From assembly GCA_002492415.1 (NCBI GenBank), contig DKYK01000031.1, positions 21,629 through 85,628 on the forward strand: a stretch of 64,000 nt of DNA. The letters are read 5' to 3'. The position numbers and the translations under genes were made by a program. The notes beneath the pieces were generated by a model, which ran no database searches, was not told where the DNA came from, and saw only the letters and a list, made by a program, of their open reading frames with translations. Positions 45,971-54,966 of the stretch are shown in pieces (within the stretch, counting starts at the first letter, position 1; every line of letters starts with the position of its first letter). This DNA comes from Christensenella sp. UBA7102. GTDB taxonomy: Bacteria; Bacillota; Clostridia; Christensenellales; UBA1750.

Positions 45971-46531
45971 ATGGAGGATGCACAGATCGTTGAGCTATAT
46001 CTGAAACGGGAGGAGTCGGCGGTCGACCACACCGCGCAGAAATACGGAGCCCGTCTGCGCCTACTGGCCGGGGGGATCGTGCGGGATGTGCATACTGCGC
46101 AGGAATGCGAAAACGACGTGTATCTGGAGGCGTGGCGCAGCATACCTCCGCATGCGCCGCGCGACTATCTGTATGCGTTTCTGGCACGCATCACGCGGCA
46201 CATTGCGCTCAACCGCTGCAGGGAGCGCGCAAGGCTCAAGCGCAGCGCCCACGTTGCACAGCTGAGCCGGGAGATGGAGGAATGCATCCCCGCGCCGGAC
46301 GATGCGGCGTGCCGGCTGGATGCGCAGGAGCTTGCCCGTGCGCTGAACGATTTTCTTGCGACACTCAGCAAAGAGAAGCGGAATCTGTTTCTGCGGCGGT
46401 ACTGGTATCTGGATTCGATTACGGAGATAGCCGCGCACAGCGGACTGTCGCAGGGAAATGTGCGAGTGACGCTGCACCGCATCCGTGCCGCGATGCGGGA
46501 ATACCTGATCAAGGAGGGATATGAACTGTGA
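45971..46531 (+). CDS. RNA polymerase sigma-70 family (ECF-like) sigma factor
   Basis: 186 aa. GGAGGTGAG SD. Region 2 (ECENDVYLEAWRSIPP) and region 4 HTH (ITEIAAHSGLSQGNVRVTLHRIR). Confidence 0.85.
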   Translation: MEDAQIVELYLKREESAVDHTAQKYGARLRLLAGGIVRDVHTAQECENDVYLEAWRSIPPHAPRDYLYAFLARITRHIALNRCRERARLKRSAHVAQLSREMEECIPAPDDAACRLDAQELARALNDFLATLSKEKRNLFLRRYWYLDSITEIAAHSGLSQGNVRVTLHRIRAAMREYLIKEGYEL

Positions 46532-47376
46532 GAGGCAAGGAATTGCTGGAGAAAATGGAGTATGCTGCGCCGGAATACATCGAGACGGCTGAGCGCATGA
46601 CGCGCGTTCGCGGGAAAGCTTACCGATGGATCGCGGCGGTGGCGTGCATCGCGCTGGTGGCGTTGGGGCTGGCGGGACTGCGGTTGTACACCGCACCGTC
46701 GGTAGTACAGCCGGTGCGGCAGAGTGCGTTTGCGGCAGATGCGCCTGCGGGAATGCGCAAAACCTTCAACTATAATGGCTGGCGCTATGTGTTTCTGGAA
46801 AATGGAAGCACCTACCTGCTGGAGCCGGAACAGCTGGGCGAGCAGCTGGGCAGTCTGGATAGCACGGCGAACTTTGCTGCGGGCGGTACGCTGATTCGGG
46901 TCAATGGGTATGATCCTCTGTTCCGCGTTGCGGTGGAATGGGAAGGTGACTACTATCTGGGCGAACGGGTCGGCGCGGCGGACGGCTCTGAGATGGACGC
47001 AGCAGAATACATTTCGGCGGCAGGGTTCGAGCAGAACGTGGAGAAGATCGAGATCTGCGACCATTTTGGCCGCGAAGCGCAGGACACGCTGACCGGCAGG
47101 CGTGCAAAGCAGCTGCTGGCGCTGCTTACGGAGGCACAGCCGGCGAACCTGACCAATCAGGAGTATGAGCGCATTGCCCGTGCGCAGAGCGAAGGAAGGT
47201 CGTACCGGCTGCGTCTGCTGCTGAACGATACGACGCAGACGGGTATGTATGTGATCCCGTCGATGTCCATTGTTATGATCGGTGACAACCGTTATGTGCT
47301 GCCGGAGGAAACGGCGCAGGAACTGGAAGCGATGTTTGAAGGACTGACGGTGCAGACACAGCTGCCGCAGAGGTAA
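46528..47376 (+). CDS. single-pass membrane protein co-translated with the sigma factor (putative anti-sigma/partner)
   Basis: GTG 46528 overlaps the sigma stop (GTGA) and follows an AAGGAGGG SD. The cytoplasmic head is about 30 aa (LLEKMEYAAPEYIETAE), followed by a TM segment (WIAAVACIALVALGLAGL) and a roughly 230-aa extracytoplasmic domain. No zinc anti-sigma motif. Confidence 0.65.
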   Translation: MRGKELLEKMEYAAPEYIETAERMTRVRGKAYRWIAAVACIALVALGLAGLRLYTAPSVVQPVRQSAFAADAPAGMRKTFNYNGWRYVFLENGSTYLLEPEQLGEQLGSLDSTANFAAGGTLIRVNGYDPLFRVAVEWEGDYYLGERVGAADGSEMDAAEYISAAGFEQNVEKIEICDHFGREAQDTLTGRRAKQLLALLTEAQPANLTNQEYERIARAQSEGRSYRLRLLLNDTTQTGMYVIPSMSIVMIGDNRYVLPEETAQELEAMFEGLTVQTQLPQR

Positions 47377-47382
47377 GCAAAA

Positions 47383-47426
47383 GAGGTGCGATTTCTGGGA
47401 AGATCGCACCTCCTTTGCTGTGTTTT
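47383..47426. terminator. bidirectional intrinsic terminator
   Basis: GAGGTGCGAT-N10-ATCGCACCTC followed by CTTTGCTGTGTTTTT. A-rich on the other side. Confidence 0.75.
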
Positions 47427-47435
47427 TGGGTAGAA

Positions 47436-49325
47436 TCAGCCGATGGAATCCAACTGGGAGCAGAGGGTTTGGAAGGCCTCGCGGATGGCGGGGGAGGTGA
47501 GGCGGATGAGGGCGGTGTCGTAGTCCGTGAGCAGGATGCGGTCGATCTCGCCTTTACGGGGAGCGAGGTCTCCGGTGAAGCGGGCGGCAAAGAGCGCGAC
47601 GTGCTTGATGGTGTTTTCGCCCTTGGGGTAGGCGATGTCGCAGCGCAGGTCGCCTACCAGGCTGGCATGGGCGCCGGTTTCCTCCTGGATCTCGCGCAGG
47701 GCGGCTTCCTGTGCTGTTTCACCTGGTTCCAGATGCCCCTTTGGCAGGCCGATGTGGCCGTCGGTTTCCACGACGAGCGCGTATTGGCGCTTGCATTCCT
47801 GTTGTGTGAATAGCACGGCGCCAGCGGCGTACTCGTGCGCTTTCCCGTCGGGAAGCAGGGTACCGGTTGCGTAACCCTGGTATTCGCCCAGGAACCATTC
47901 GGCGTTCTTTTTGGCGGCGACGGTGAGGGTATTGTCGTCGAAATGGAGGGTGAACTGGAGGGTGCCGAAGCACACGTCGCAGACATAAACGGTCAGGTGC
48001 AGCGTGCGTGCGTCCTTCCAGGCGGCGCTGGCAAAGGCGCGCAGCGAGCGGCCGCCGGGGTGACCGATGTCCATCGTGTAGGTGGAAGGCTCGGTTAGCT
48101 CGAATTGGACGGGCTTTCCGAAGCCGAAGGGGATCTCGTGCGCGCCGGCGGCGTTTTCGTAGGCGAGATGGCCGGTACGGCCGAGGGTGAGGCGGGCGGT
48201 TTTCCAGCCCAGTTCGTTTTCGGGGAAAGTGTAGGTGCGGCCGGAAACGGTCGGAGCAAGGGGGGAGTCGAACGCACCCTCCTCGGTGCGCAGCGTCAGG
48301 CTGTCTGCCAGCGCGGCGAGGCCTGCGTAAGCTGCGGGATTCTCGGGCAGAGGGGAGTAGACTGAGCGCAGCAGGTGGCGGCGGACGCTGCCCAGCTGGA
48401 TCTCGCGGGCGGAGGGCATGGCCTGCGTATCGCCGGTGATGACCACCAGCAGGTCGCGTCCGGGGTAGCAAAAGCCCTGCTGGCTGCCCATGCCGTAGAA
48501 GCTGAAGCCGCCCTCGCGCGAGCGCCAGAGCTGGTAGCCGTAGCCCTGCTGGTGCTCCCAGTTGTCGTTGTTGAGCGTGTTGTCGACCTGGTAGGCAGTG
48601 GCTTCTTCCATGTAATTGCGAGGGAGGATCTGTACGCCGTCCAATTCGCCCATGTGCATGCACAGGTAGGCGAATTTTGCAAAGTCGCGCGCGGAGCACA
48701 GTACGCCGCTGCCGCCCCAAGCGTGGCCACAGGGGGTGCGCACGCACTGGATGCCGGGACTCATGCCCAGCTTATCGAACACGCGCGGTCGCAGGTAGTC
48801 CACGAAGGTGCGACCGGTGACGCGCTCGAGAATGACGCACAGCATCACCGTGCAGGTAGTGTTGTACTGGAAGATGGAGCCCGGACGATGGCTGGGCGGC
48901 GTGCGGAACCAGGTGTCCACCCAGTCCATGTCGGGCGGGTTTTGGTCCATGTGATAGGTGTTGTCGGAGTGGCAATCCGTCATGCGCAGCATATCGCGGA
49001 TGGTAGCGGATTTGAGCCAAGGATGCAGGTCGGGCGTGTCGTACTCGGGGAAAAACTGCGCCACGCGGTCAGTCAGGCGCAGCAGGCCCTCGCTTTGGGC
49101 CAAGCCAATGGCCACGGACACGAAGGACTTGGAGCAGGAGTACAGCCGGTGAGGCTCGTCCAGCGTCATGGGCGAAAACGCACCCTCAAAGATCAGTGCG
49201 CCGTCCTTGATGACGGAGATGGTGTGCAGGCAGTGGCGCGCGTCCAGCAGTTCGCGCACGAAGTCCGCCACGGCGTCGGAGGGGATGCCCACGCTCTCGG
49301 GCGTGGCCTTTCGGAAGGTCAGCAT
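47436..49325 (-). CDS. fusion protein: beta-lactamase-fold serine hydrolase + middle beta domain + C-terminal NUDIX hydrolase
   Basis: ATG 49325 (MLTFRKATPESVGIP) follows an AGGAGG SD, giving 629 aa in one uninterrupted frame. SxxK motif in LYSCSKSFVSVAIG. Nudix box GHLEPGETAQEAALREIQEETGA at 47670-47738. No signal peptide or TM segment. Confidence 0.85.
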   Translation of the reverse strand: MLTFRKATPESVGIPSDAVADFVRELLDARHCLHTISVIKDGALIFEGAFSPMTLDEPHRLYSCSKSFVSVAIGLAQSEGLLRLTDRVAQFFPEYDTPDLHPWLKSATIRDMLRMTDCHSDNTYHMDQNPPDMDWVDTWFRTPPSHRPGSIFQYNTTCTVMLCVILERVTGRTFVDYLRPRVFDKLGMSPGIQCVRTPCGHAWGGSGVLCSARDFAKFAYLCMHMGELDGVQILPRNYMEEATAYQVDNTLNNDNWEHQQGYGYQLWRSREGGFSFYGMGSQQGFCYPGRDLLVVITGDTQAMPSAREIQLGSVRRHLLRSVYSPLPENPAAYAGLAALADSLTLRTEEGAFDSPLAPTVSGRTYTFPENELGWKTARLTLGRTGHLAYENAAGAHEIPFGFGKPVQFELTEPSTYTMDIGHPGGRSLRAFASAAWKDARTLHLTVYVCDVCFGTLQFTLHFDDNTLTVAAKKNAEWFLGEYQGYATGTLLPDGKAHEYAAGAVLFTQQECKRQYALVVETDGHIGLPKGHLEPGETAQEAALREIQEETGAHASLVGDLRCDIAYPKGENTIKHVALFAARFTGDLAPRKGEIDRILLTDYDTALIRLTSPAIREAFQTLCSQLDSIG

Positions 49326-49487
49326 GGCGATTCGCCTCCTGATGGATCTGAGTTTTGGAGTCAGCATCAGTATAGCACAGGCGGGATGCGGAGAAAAGAC
49401 ATACAAACGCACAGGTTGCGCAAAAATTCATCGTCGTGTATACTGAATGTAAGAAAAGTTAGACATAAATAAAAAGGAGGAGCGCGC

Positions 49488-50579
49488 ATGACGCTGACGG
49501 CAAGACAGGTCCGAAATCACAACCGACGAACCATCTACAAGCTGCTGCTGCGCATGGGGCGCACCACCAAGACCGAGCTTGCGACGCTGAGCGGGCTGAG
49601 CGTGCCCACCGTGCTCAAGATCGTATCCCATCTGGAGAAAAGAGGATTGGTGCGGCAGGACGAGGAGACGCAGCTTCTGCAGGCGCAGGGGCGTCCGCCG
49701 CAGGTGCTGCGCTTCTGCGCAGATCGAGCGGTTGTCATTGGTGCGCGCTGCGAGGGGGAGTTGCTGTATGCGGGGCTGGTCAACCTCAGCGGCCGAGTGC
49801 GCGGCCTGCGCGCCCAGCCCCTGCGCTGCGGTTTTGAGCGGTTGGTGTGCAGCGAGCTGCCCGCGCTTGTCGAGGGATTGTTGCAGCAGATGGGCGTGGA
49901 GCGCAGCAGGCTGATCGGCGTGGGCCTGGGCGTCCCTGCAGTGCGCGAGCCAGATGGCAGCGCCGTGTATGGCGAGGCATTCATGGGCAGGCCCGGGCGC
50001 GTGCCCGTGGGAGAACAGCTTGCGCAGCTGCACGAGCGCCTGGGCGTGCCGGTGCTGATGGAAAACGGCGCGCACCTGGCGGCGTTGGGCGAGTATGCCG
50101 TGCTGCGGCGTCACCAGGAAGATTTTCTGTACCTGGGCCTGGGCGAGCAGGTCAGCTGCGGCGTGGTCGCGGGAGGACGGCTGGAGAGTGGAGTGCATGG
50201 ACAATGCGGCGAGATCGGCCACATGCGCATGTGCGGGGATGAGACGCTGAACGAATTGGCGGGACGGCGGGCGTTGGAGCGGCGCTTCGGGCCTCTCGGG
50301 CAGGAAAATCGGCAGCGCATCGTGGATTATGTGGCGCCGCTGTTGGCCGACGCGATTCACAAGCTGACGCTGGGGCGCGATGCGCAGGCACTGTCCGTGG
50401 GCGGCGTTACGGCATCCATGCTGGGGCCGGGACTGATCGCCGCGCTGCAGCGCGAGCTGGATGCGAAAATGCTGATTCACCTGCCCGTGCAGCGGCAGGT
50501 CTGCCCCACGCCTGCGGTGCTTGGCGCGGCAATCCAGGTCATGCGCATGAACCTGGATGCGATTATCGAGGAAGATTGA
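49488..50579 (+). CDS. ROK family transcriptional regulator
   Basis: 363 aa. AAGGAGGAG SD. N-terminal winged HTH (RTIYKLLLRMGRTTKTELATLSGLSVPTVLKIVSHLEKRGLV) and a ROK body with a Cys/His cluster (GQCGEIGHMRMC). Confidence 0.9.
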   Translation: MTLTARQVRNHNRRTIYKLLLRMGRTTKTELATLSGLSVPTVLKIVSHLEKRGLVRQDEETQLLQAQGRPPQVLRFCADRAVVIGARCEGELLYAGLVNLSGRVRGLRAQPLRCGFERLVCSELPALVEGLLQQMGVERSRLIGVGLGVPAVREPDGSAVYGEAFMGRPGRVPVGEQLAQLHERLGVPVLMENGAHLAALGEYAVLRRHQEDFLYLGLGEQVSCGVVAGGRLESGVHGQCGEIGHMRMCGDETLNELAGRRALERRFGPLGQENRQRIVDYVAPLLADAIHKLTLGRDAQALSVGGVTASMLGPGLIAALQRELDAKMLIHLPVQRQVCPTPAVLGAAIQVMRMNLDAIIEED

Positions 50580-50605
50580 AAGAACAAATGACGGAGGATG
50601 GACAG

Positions 50606-51670
50606 ATGGAGCAGACGCAGAATCGCAGAATGCGCGTGACGGCGGGATTTGACGGGTATGTGGATACCATTTCGCGCGTGGTGAAGCAAAAAGGCGCGGA
50701 AGGCGGCGTGGAGTACTTTTCTACGATTGCGGAATTTGGCGCGTATGTGACGGCCAAGGCGGGCAAAAGCGCTTCCATAGAACTTCGGACGCAGCGGATG
50801 CGCGCGGGGGGCAATCTGCCGCTGTTCGCGCTTGCGCTGTGCGCCCTGGGCGTGGAGGTGACGGCGATGGGCGCGATGGGCTGGCCGCAGCTGCATCCCG
50901 CGTTTGCGGAGCTGGCGCAGCACCCGCTGTGCACGGTGCGCTCCGTGGCGCAGCCGGGCCTGTGCGACGCGATTGAGTTTGACGACGGCAAGCTGATGCT
51001 GGCGCACAACGAGGACATCGAAGCGCTGGATGCGCGCATGCTGCGCGGACGGCTGGGCGCGGGTGAGGCGGAGCGGCTGTTTGCCGACTGCGACCTTGCG
51101 GCGTTTATGAACTGGAGCGAGGTGGTGCGCGCCACTTCCATCTGGAAGGAGCTGGCGGGGAGCCTTTCGCGACCGCTACTGGTGGATCTGTCCGATTGCT
51201 CTGCGCGCAGCGGAGGAGAGATCCGCGAAATGTTCTCGCTGCTTTCCCTGCTGGCGCGGCGGGTGCCGGTGATATTGTCCGTAAACAAAAACGAGCTGGA
51301 GCAGCTGGGAAGGGGCCTGGAACTTGCAGACATGCACCCGGTGGAGCTGGCGCAGACGCTGCACGAGCGGCTCAGCGGCGCGCGCGTGGTGGTGCATCTG
51401 ACGTCAGGCGCTTTCTGCGTCTGCCGCGCGGGGCTGGTGTCGCGCAAAAACGTACATTTTGACAAACCCGTGCTCTCCACAGGCGGAGGGGACAATTTCA
51501 ATGCGGGGTTGGCGCTGGGGCTGCTGAGCGGCCTGGATATGGCCGATTGCCTGACGATGGGCAATGCGGTGTCGGGCTACTACGTCAGCCACGGGATCAG
51601 CCCGACGCTGGAGCAGGCCGCGGAGCTGGCGCGCTCGGGCGCGTATGACGAAGAACTGACAGAGGTGTGA
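50606..51670 (+). CDS. ribokinase-superfamily sugar kinase, atypical (PfkB / ADP-dependent-kinase-like motifs)
   Basis: The track start 50576 is TTG. ATG 50606 (MEQTQNRRMRV) follows a GGAGGA SD. Motifs AGGNLPLFALALCALG, VNKNELEQL and the C-terminal STGGGDNFNAG. Confidence 0.7.
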   Translation: MEQTQNRRMRVTAGFDGYVDTISRVVKQKGAEGGVEYFSTIAEFGAYVTAKAGKSASIELRTQRMRAGGNLPLFALALCALGVEVTAMGAMGWPQLHPAFAELAQHPLCTVRSVAQPGLCDAIEFDDGKLMLAHNEDIEALDARMLRGRLGAGEAERLFADCDLAAFMNWSEVVRATSIWKELAGSLSRPLLVDLSDCSARSGGEIREMFSLLSLLARRVPVILSVNKNELEQLGRGLELADMHPVELAQTLHERLSGARVVVHLTSGAFCVCRAGLVSRKNVHFDKPVLSTGGGDNFNAGLALGLLSGLDMADCLTMGNAVSGYYVSHGISPTLEQAAELARSGAYDEELTEV

Positions 51671-51671
51671 T

Positions 51672-53255
51672 ATGCAGCGGTACAAGATTCTGCTGGTGGA
51701 TGACGAGACGGGCGTGCGGCAGAGCATAGCGCAAACCGTGGACTGGGAGGCGGAAGGTTTTACATTGTGCGGCTGTGCGGGCGGCGCGCTGGAGGCACTG
51801 GAGCTGGCGCGCAGGCTGCTGCCCGATGTGGTGATGACGGACATCTGCATGCCTTACATGGATGGACTGGAGCTAATCGAGCGGCTGCGCGAACTCTACC
51901 CGGCGATGCAGTTTGTGATTGTGAGCGGATATGATGAATTTGAGTACGCGCAGCGCGCGGTCAAGGCGCAGGTGATGGATTATCTGCTCAAGCCGCTGTC
52001 TGCGGATGGCGTGCGCGAGGCGCTGCGGTGCATCCGCGGGCGGCTGGACGTCAATATGGCGCGCAGCCGCGACCTGGAGAGCCTGCGCGAGGAGGCAAGG
52101 CAGGAGCGGCAGCAGCTGGAGCGCACGCAGCTGATGGAGCTGCTGCTGGAGGCGCCCGGTGAGACGGGCGAACGGCTGGAAACGGAGCGCTACTTCCCTG
52201 CGCGCCTGGCGCTGGTGGAGCTGGCGGGCGCGCCGGAGAACGTACGCGTGCTGCGGGAGGACTTTCAGGCGGACCGGACGCTGCTCAACTTTTCCATGCA
52301 GCAGCTGGCGCAGGAACTGCTGCAGGAGAGCGATCGGGGCCTGTGCGTGCTGCATCGGGACCGGCTTGTGCTGCTGCTACGCGACAAGGAAGGGACGTTG
52401 CAGCTGGCCGAGCGTGTCGCCGACACGCTGCGCATGTATCTGGGACTGTCGGTCAAGACCGCGATGTCCTGCAGGATGGACAGCGCGCGATTGCTGCCGG
52501 GAATGTACCAGCGCGCGCTGCTGTTGGTGGGAAATGAGGCCACTTATGACGCGGGCAGCGTATTTTTGATGGAGGAAGCGCAGCAGGACGCCGCGCTGCC
52601 GCTGACCGATAGCCTGCCCGGTGAAATCGCGCAGCTGCTGCGCAGCGGGGACGAAGGCCGCTGCATCGAGTACTTCGCACGCATGCGCACGGACCTGGAG
52701 GCGAGCGGCGTCAGTCCGGCGTGGCTCGAGGCGCTGCAGGCGATGGTCAAATCCGCAGTGTTTACCACGGCGCTGCGCTGCGGCGTGACCTCGGAGGCGC
52801 TGTACCCCGTGCTGGAGCGCCAGCGCGCGCATTACCCGCTGGAGACAGGACCGCTGCTGGACGGATTGTGCGCATTTGCCTGCGTGGCCTGCCGCCATAT
52901 TGCGCGGATTCGGGCGCTGGACTCCCAGCGCCAGGCGCAGGAGATCACGCGCTACATTGAGGAGAACTTTGGTGACACGAATTTGTCCATCCCCGAGGTG
53001 TGCGAACGGTTCCACATCAGCCAGACGCAGCTTTCGCTGCTGTTCAAGCGTGAGATGGGCACGAGCTTCCTGCAGTACGTGCTGGACCAACGCATTGCGC
53101 ATGCAAAAGAACTGCTGCTGGGGAGTGGAAAGAAGATCTGCGAGATCGCGCTGGAGACGGGTTTTGAGGACCCGGGGTACTTTTCCTACTGCTTTAAGCA
53201 GCGCTGCGGCATGACGCCAAAGAACTACAGGCAGGGGGCGAAGGGCGGTGCATAA
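51672..53255 (+). CDS. two-component response regulator, REC + AraC-type HTH (YesN-like)
   Basis: 527 aa. REC domain (ILLVDDE ... VVMTDICMPYMDG) and a C-terminal AraC HTH (ICEIALETGFEDPGYFSYCFKQRCGMTPKNYRQ). Confidence 0.9.
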   Translation: MQRYKILLVDDETGVRQSIAQTVDWEAEGFTLCGCAGGALEALELARRLLPDVVMTDICMPYMDGLELIERLRELYPAMQFVIVSGYDEFEYAQRAVKAQVMDYLLKPLSADGVREALRCIRGRLDVNMARSRDLESLREEARQERQQLERTQLMELLLEAPGETGERLETERYFPARLALVELAGAPENVRVLREDFQADRTLLNFSMQQLAQELLQESDRGLCVLHRDRLVLLLRDKEGTLQLAERVADTLRMYLGLSVKTAMSCRMDSARLLPGMYQRALLLVGNEATYDAGSVFLMEEAQQDAALPLTDSLPGEIAQLLRSGDEGRCIEYFARMRTDLEASGVSPAWLEALQAMVKSAVFTTALRCGVTSEALYPVLERQRAHYPLETGPLLDGLCAFACVACRHIARIRALDSQRQAQEITRYIEENFGDTNLSIPEVCERFHISQTQLSLLFKREMGTSFLQYVLDQRIAHAKELLLGSGKKICEIALETGFEDPGYFSYCFKQRCGMTPKNYRQGAKGGA

Positions 53256-54966
53256 GATCAGCATTCGCTTTGTGATCGTGGTCATGACGCTGACGGTGAC
53301 GCTGACCACGCTGTTGATCTACAACGGCGTGTTTGGAACTCTTGCGGGTGAAACCTTTACGCAGATGGACTTAAAGCTGGTGACGCAAAATGTGTCGCGC
53401 GCAAAAGAACAGCTGGACGTGCTGGTGCTCGATGCGCAGGGATTGTCCGATTACATTGCGCATGTGGTGTTGACGCAGGCAAATTTTGTGCCGGGAGAGT
53501 TCGCAGAGCAGGTGAATCCATTGGTGGAGACGGGCAATGCTGTCAGTTCTGTGGCGCTCTACAGCAGCGCTGGCATGCCCGTGTGCGCCAGCAGCGCGGG
53601 GAAATCCGGGCCGTTTTTGACCGCGCAGAGCGTGCAGGAGCAGGATTGGTTCGATATGGCGCTCCACGGCGAAGGGCCGATATTCAGCGGCGCGCGCATG
53701 GAGCGCAGCTATCGCGGCGACTATAGCTGGGTGGCGACCATGACGCAGCGGGCGGCATACACCGACGCAGACGGCGGGTTCAGTACCGGCGTACTGGCCG
53801 TCAACATCCGTCTGAGCGCTATTGAGGAGATCTGCAAGGAATATTCCGGACAGGAGTGCGGAAGCCTCGTGCTGACCGACCTTGCGGGGCGGATCGTCTA
53901 CTCGCCGCGCGCCAAGCTGGAGGCGCTGCCCGGCGCGTCCGATGTATTCCGCAGCGTGGGCAGCAGGCAGGAGGGGCAGCAGCAGCTGGAGCTCTCGCAA
54001 CCGCTGGAGAATGAGCAGTGGATCCTTGTGGGATTGACGCGCGAAGGCGAGCTTTCACAGGGCGGACAGGCGCTGCAGCGCAAGGGGCTGACGGTGCTGC
54101 TGTTCTCTATGCTGTTTGCGGCGCTTTTGGCTGCAATGGTGGCCACGTGGATCTGCCGGCCGTTTCGATATATGGAACGCGCGATGCACCGCATTGACGC
54201 GGGCGTATCAGGGGTTCGGCTGGAGAACCACGGCTATCGCGAGTTTGTGTCGCTGACACGCACCTATAACGGTATGATCGACCGCATCGAACAGCTGATG
54301 CAGGAGAGTGAACGCAAGCAGGAACAGCTGCGCAAGATGGAAATCGCATCGCTGGAAGAGCAAATCAATCCACACTTCCTCTATAATGCGCTGGATTCGA
54401 TCACCTGGCTGGTGGAGACGGGGCGCAGCAAAGACGCTGTGAGCACCATTGGCGCGCTGGCGCGGCTGCTGCGGCTGTCCATCAACCGCGGCGGCAACTT
54501 CCACACAGTATCGCGCGAGGTGGATCATATCCACAATTACCTCATCATACAGAAAACGCGCTATGGGCAGCGCTTTGCCAGCCACATCCACGTCGAGAAG
54601 GAAGCGGAGGCGCTCTACTGCCCAAGGCTCATCCTTCAGCCTATCGTGGAGAACGCGATCAAGCACGGTGTGGCGGAAAACGAGGACTGCCAGATCGTGG
54701 TGCGCGTGTTTCTGGAGGAAGAGAGGTTGAAGATCACGGTGTGGGACGACGGCATGGGTATGCTGCCGGATAAGCTGGAGGAGGTGCAGCGCGCGCTGCG
54801 CGAGAACCAACCGCCCAATCCGGAGCAGATCAGCGGATTGGCGCTCAAGAGCATCAACCGGCGCATCCGGCTGCTGTGCGGAGAACAGTTTGGCATCACC
54901 ATTGACAGCGAAATGGAGGAATGGACATGCGTCACCATCGAGTTGCCCTGCCTGCCCTCTGCCTGA
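53248..54966 (+). CDS. sensor histidine kinase (YesM-like: TM-sensor-TM-HAMP-His_kinase-HATPase)
   Basis: 572 aa. GTG start overlaps the end of the response-regulator gene. LEEQINPHFLYNALDSI H-box and ENAIKHG N-box. Confidence 0.9.
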   Translation: MHKISIRFVIVVMTLTVTLTTLLIYNGVFGTLAGETFTQMDLKLVTQNVSRAKEQLDVLVLDAQGLSDYIAHVVLTQANFVPGEFAEQVNPLVETGNAVSSVALYSSAGMPVCASSAGKSGPFLTAQSVQEQDWFDMALHGEGPIFSGARMERSYRGDYSWVATMTQRAAYTDADGGFSTGVLAVNIRLSAIEEICKEYSGQECGSLVLTDLAGRIVYSPRAKLEALPGASDVFRSVGSRQEGQQQLELSQPLENEQWILVGLTREGELSQGGQALQRKGLTVLLFSMLFAALLAAMVATWICRPFRYMERAMHRIDAGVSGVRLENHGYREFVSLTRTYNGMIDRIEQLMQESERKQEQLRKMEIASLEEQINPHFLYNALDSITWLVETGRSKDAVSTIGALARLLRLSINRGGNFHTVSREVDHIHNYLIIQKTRYGQRFASHIHVEKEAEALYCPRLILQPIVENAIKHGVAENEDCQIVVRVFLEEERLKITVWDDGMGMLPDKLEEVQRALRENQPPNPEQISGLALKSINRRIRLLCGEQFGITIDSEMEEWTCVTIELPCLPSA

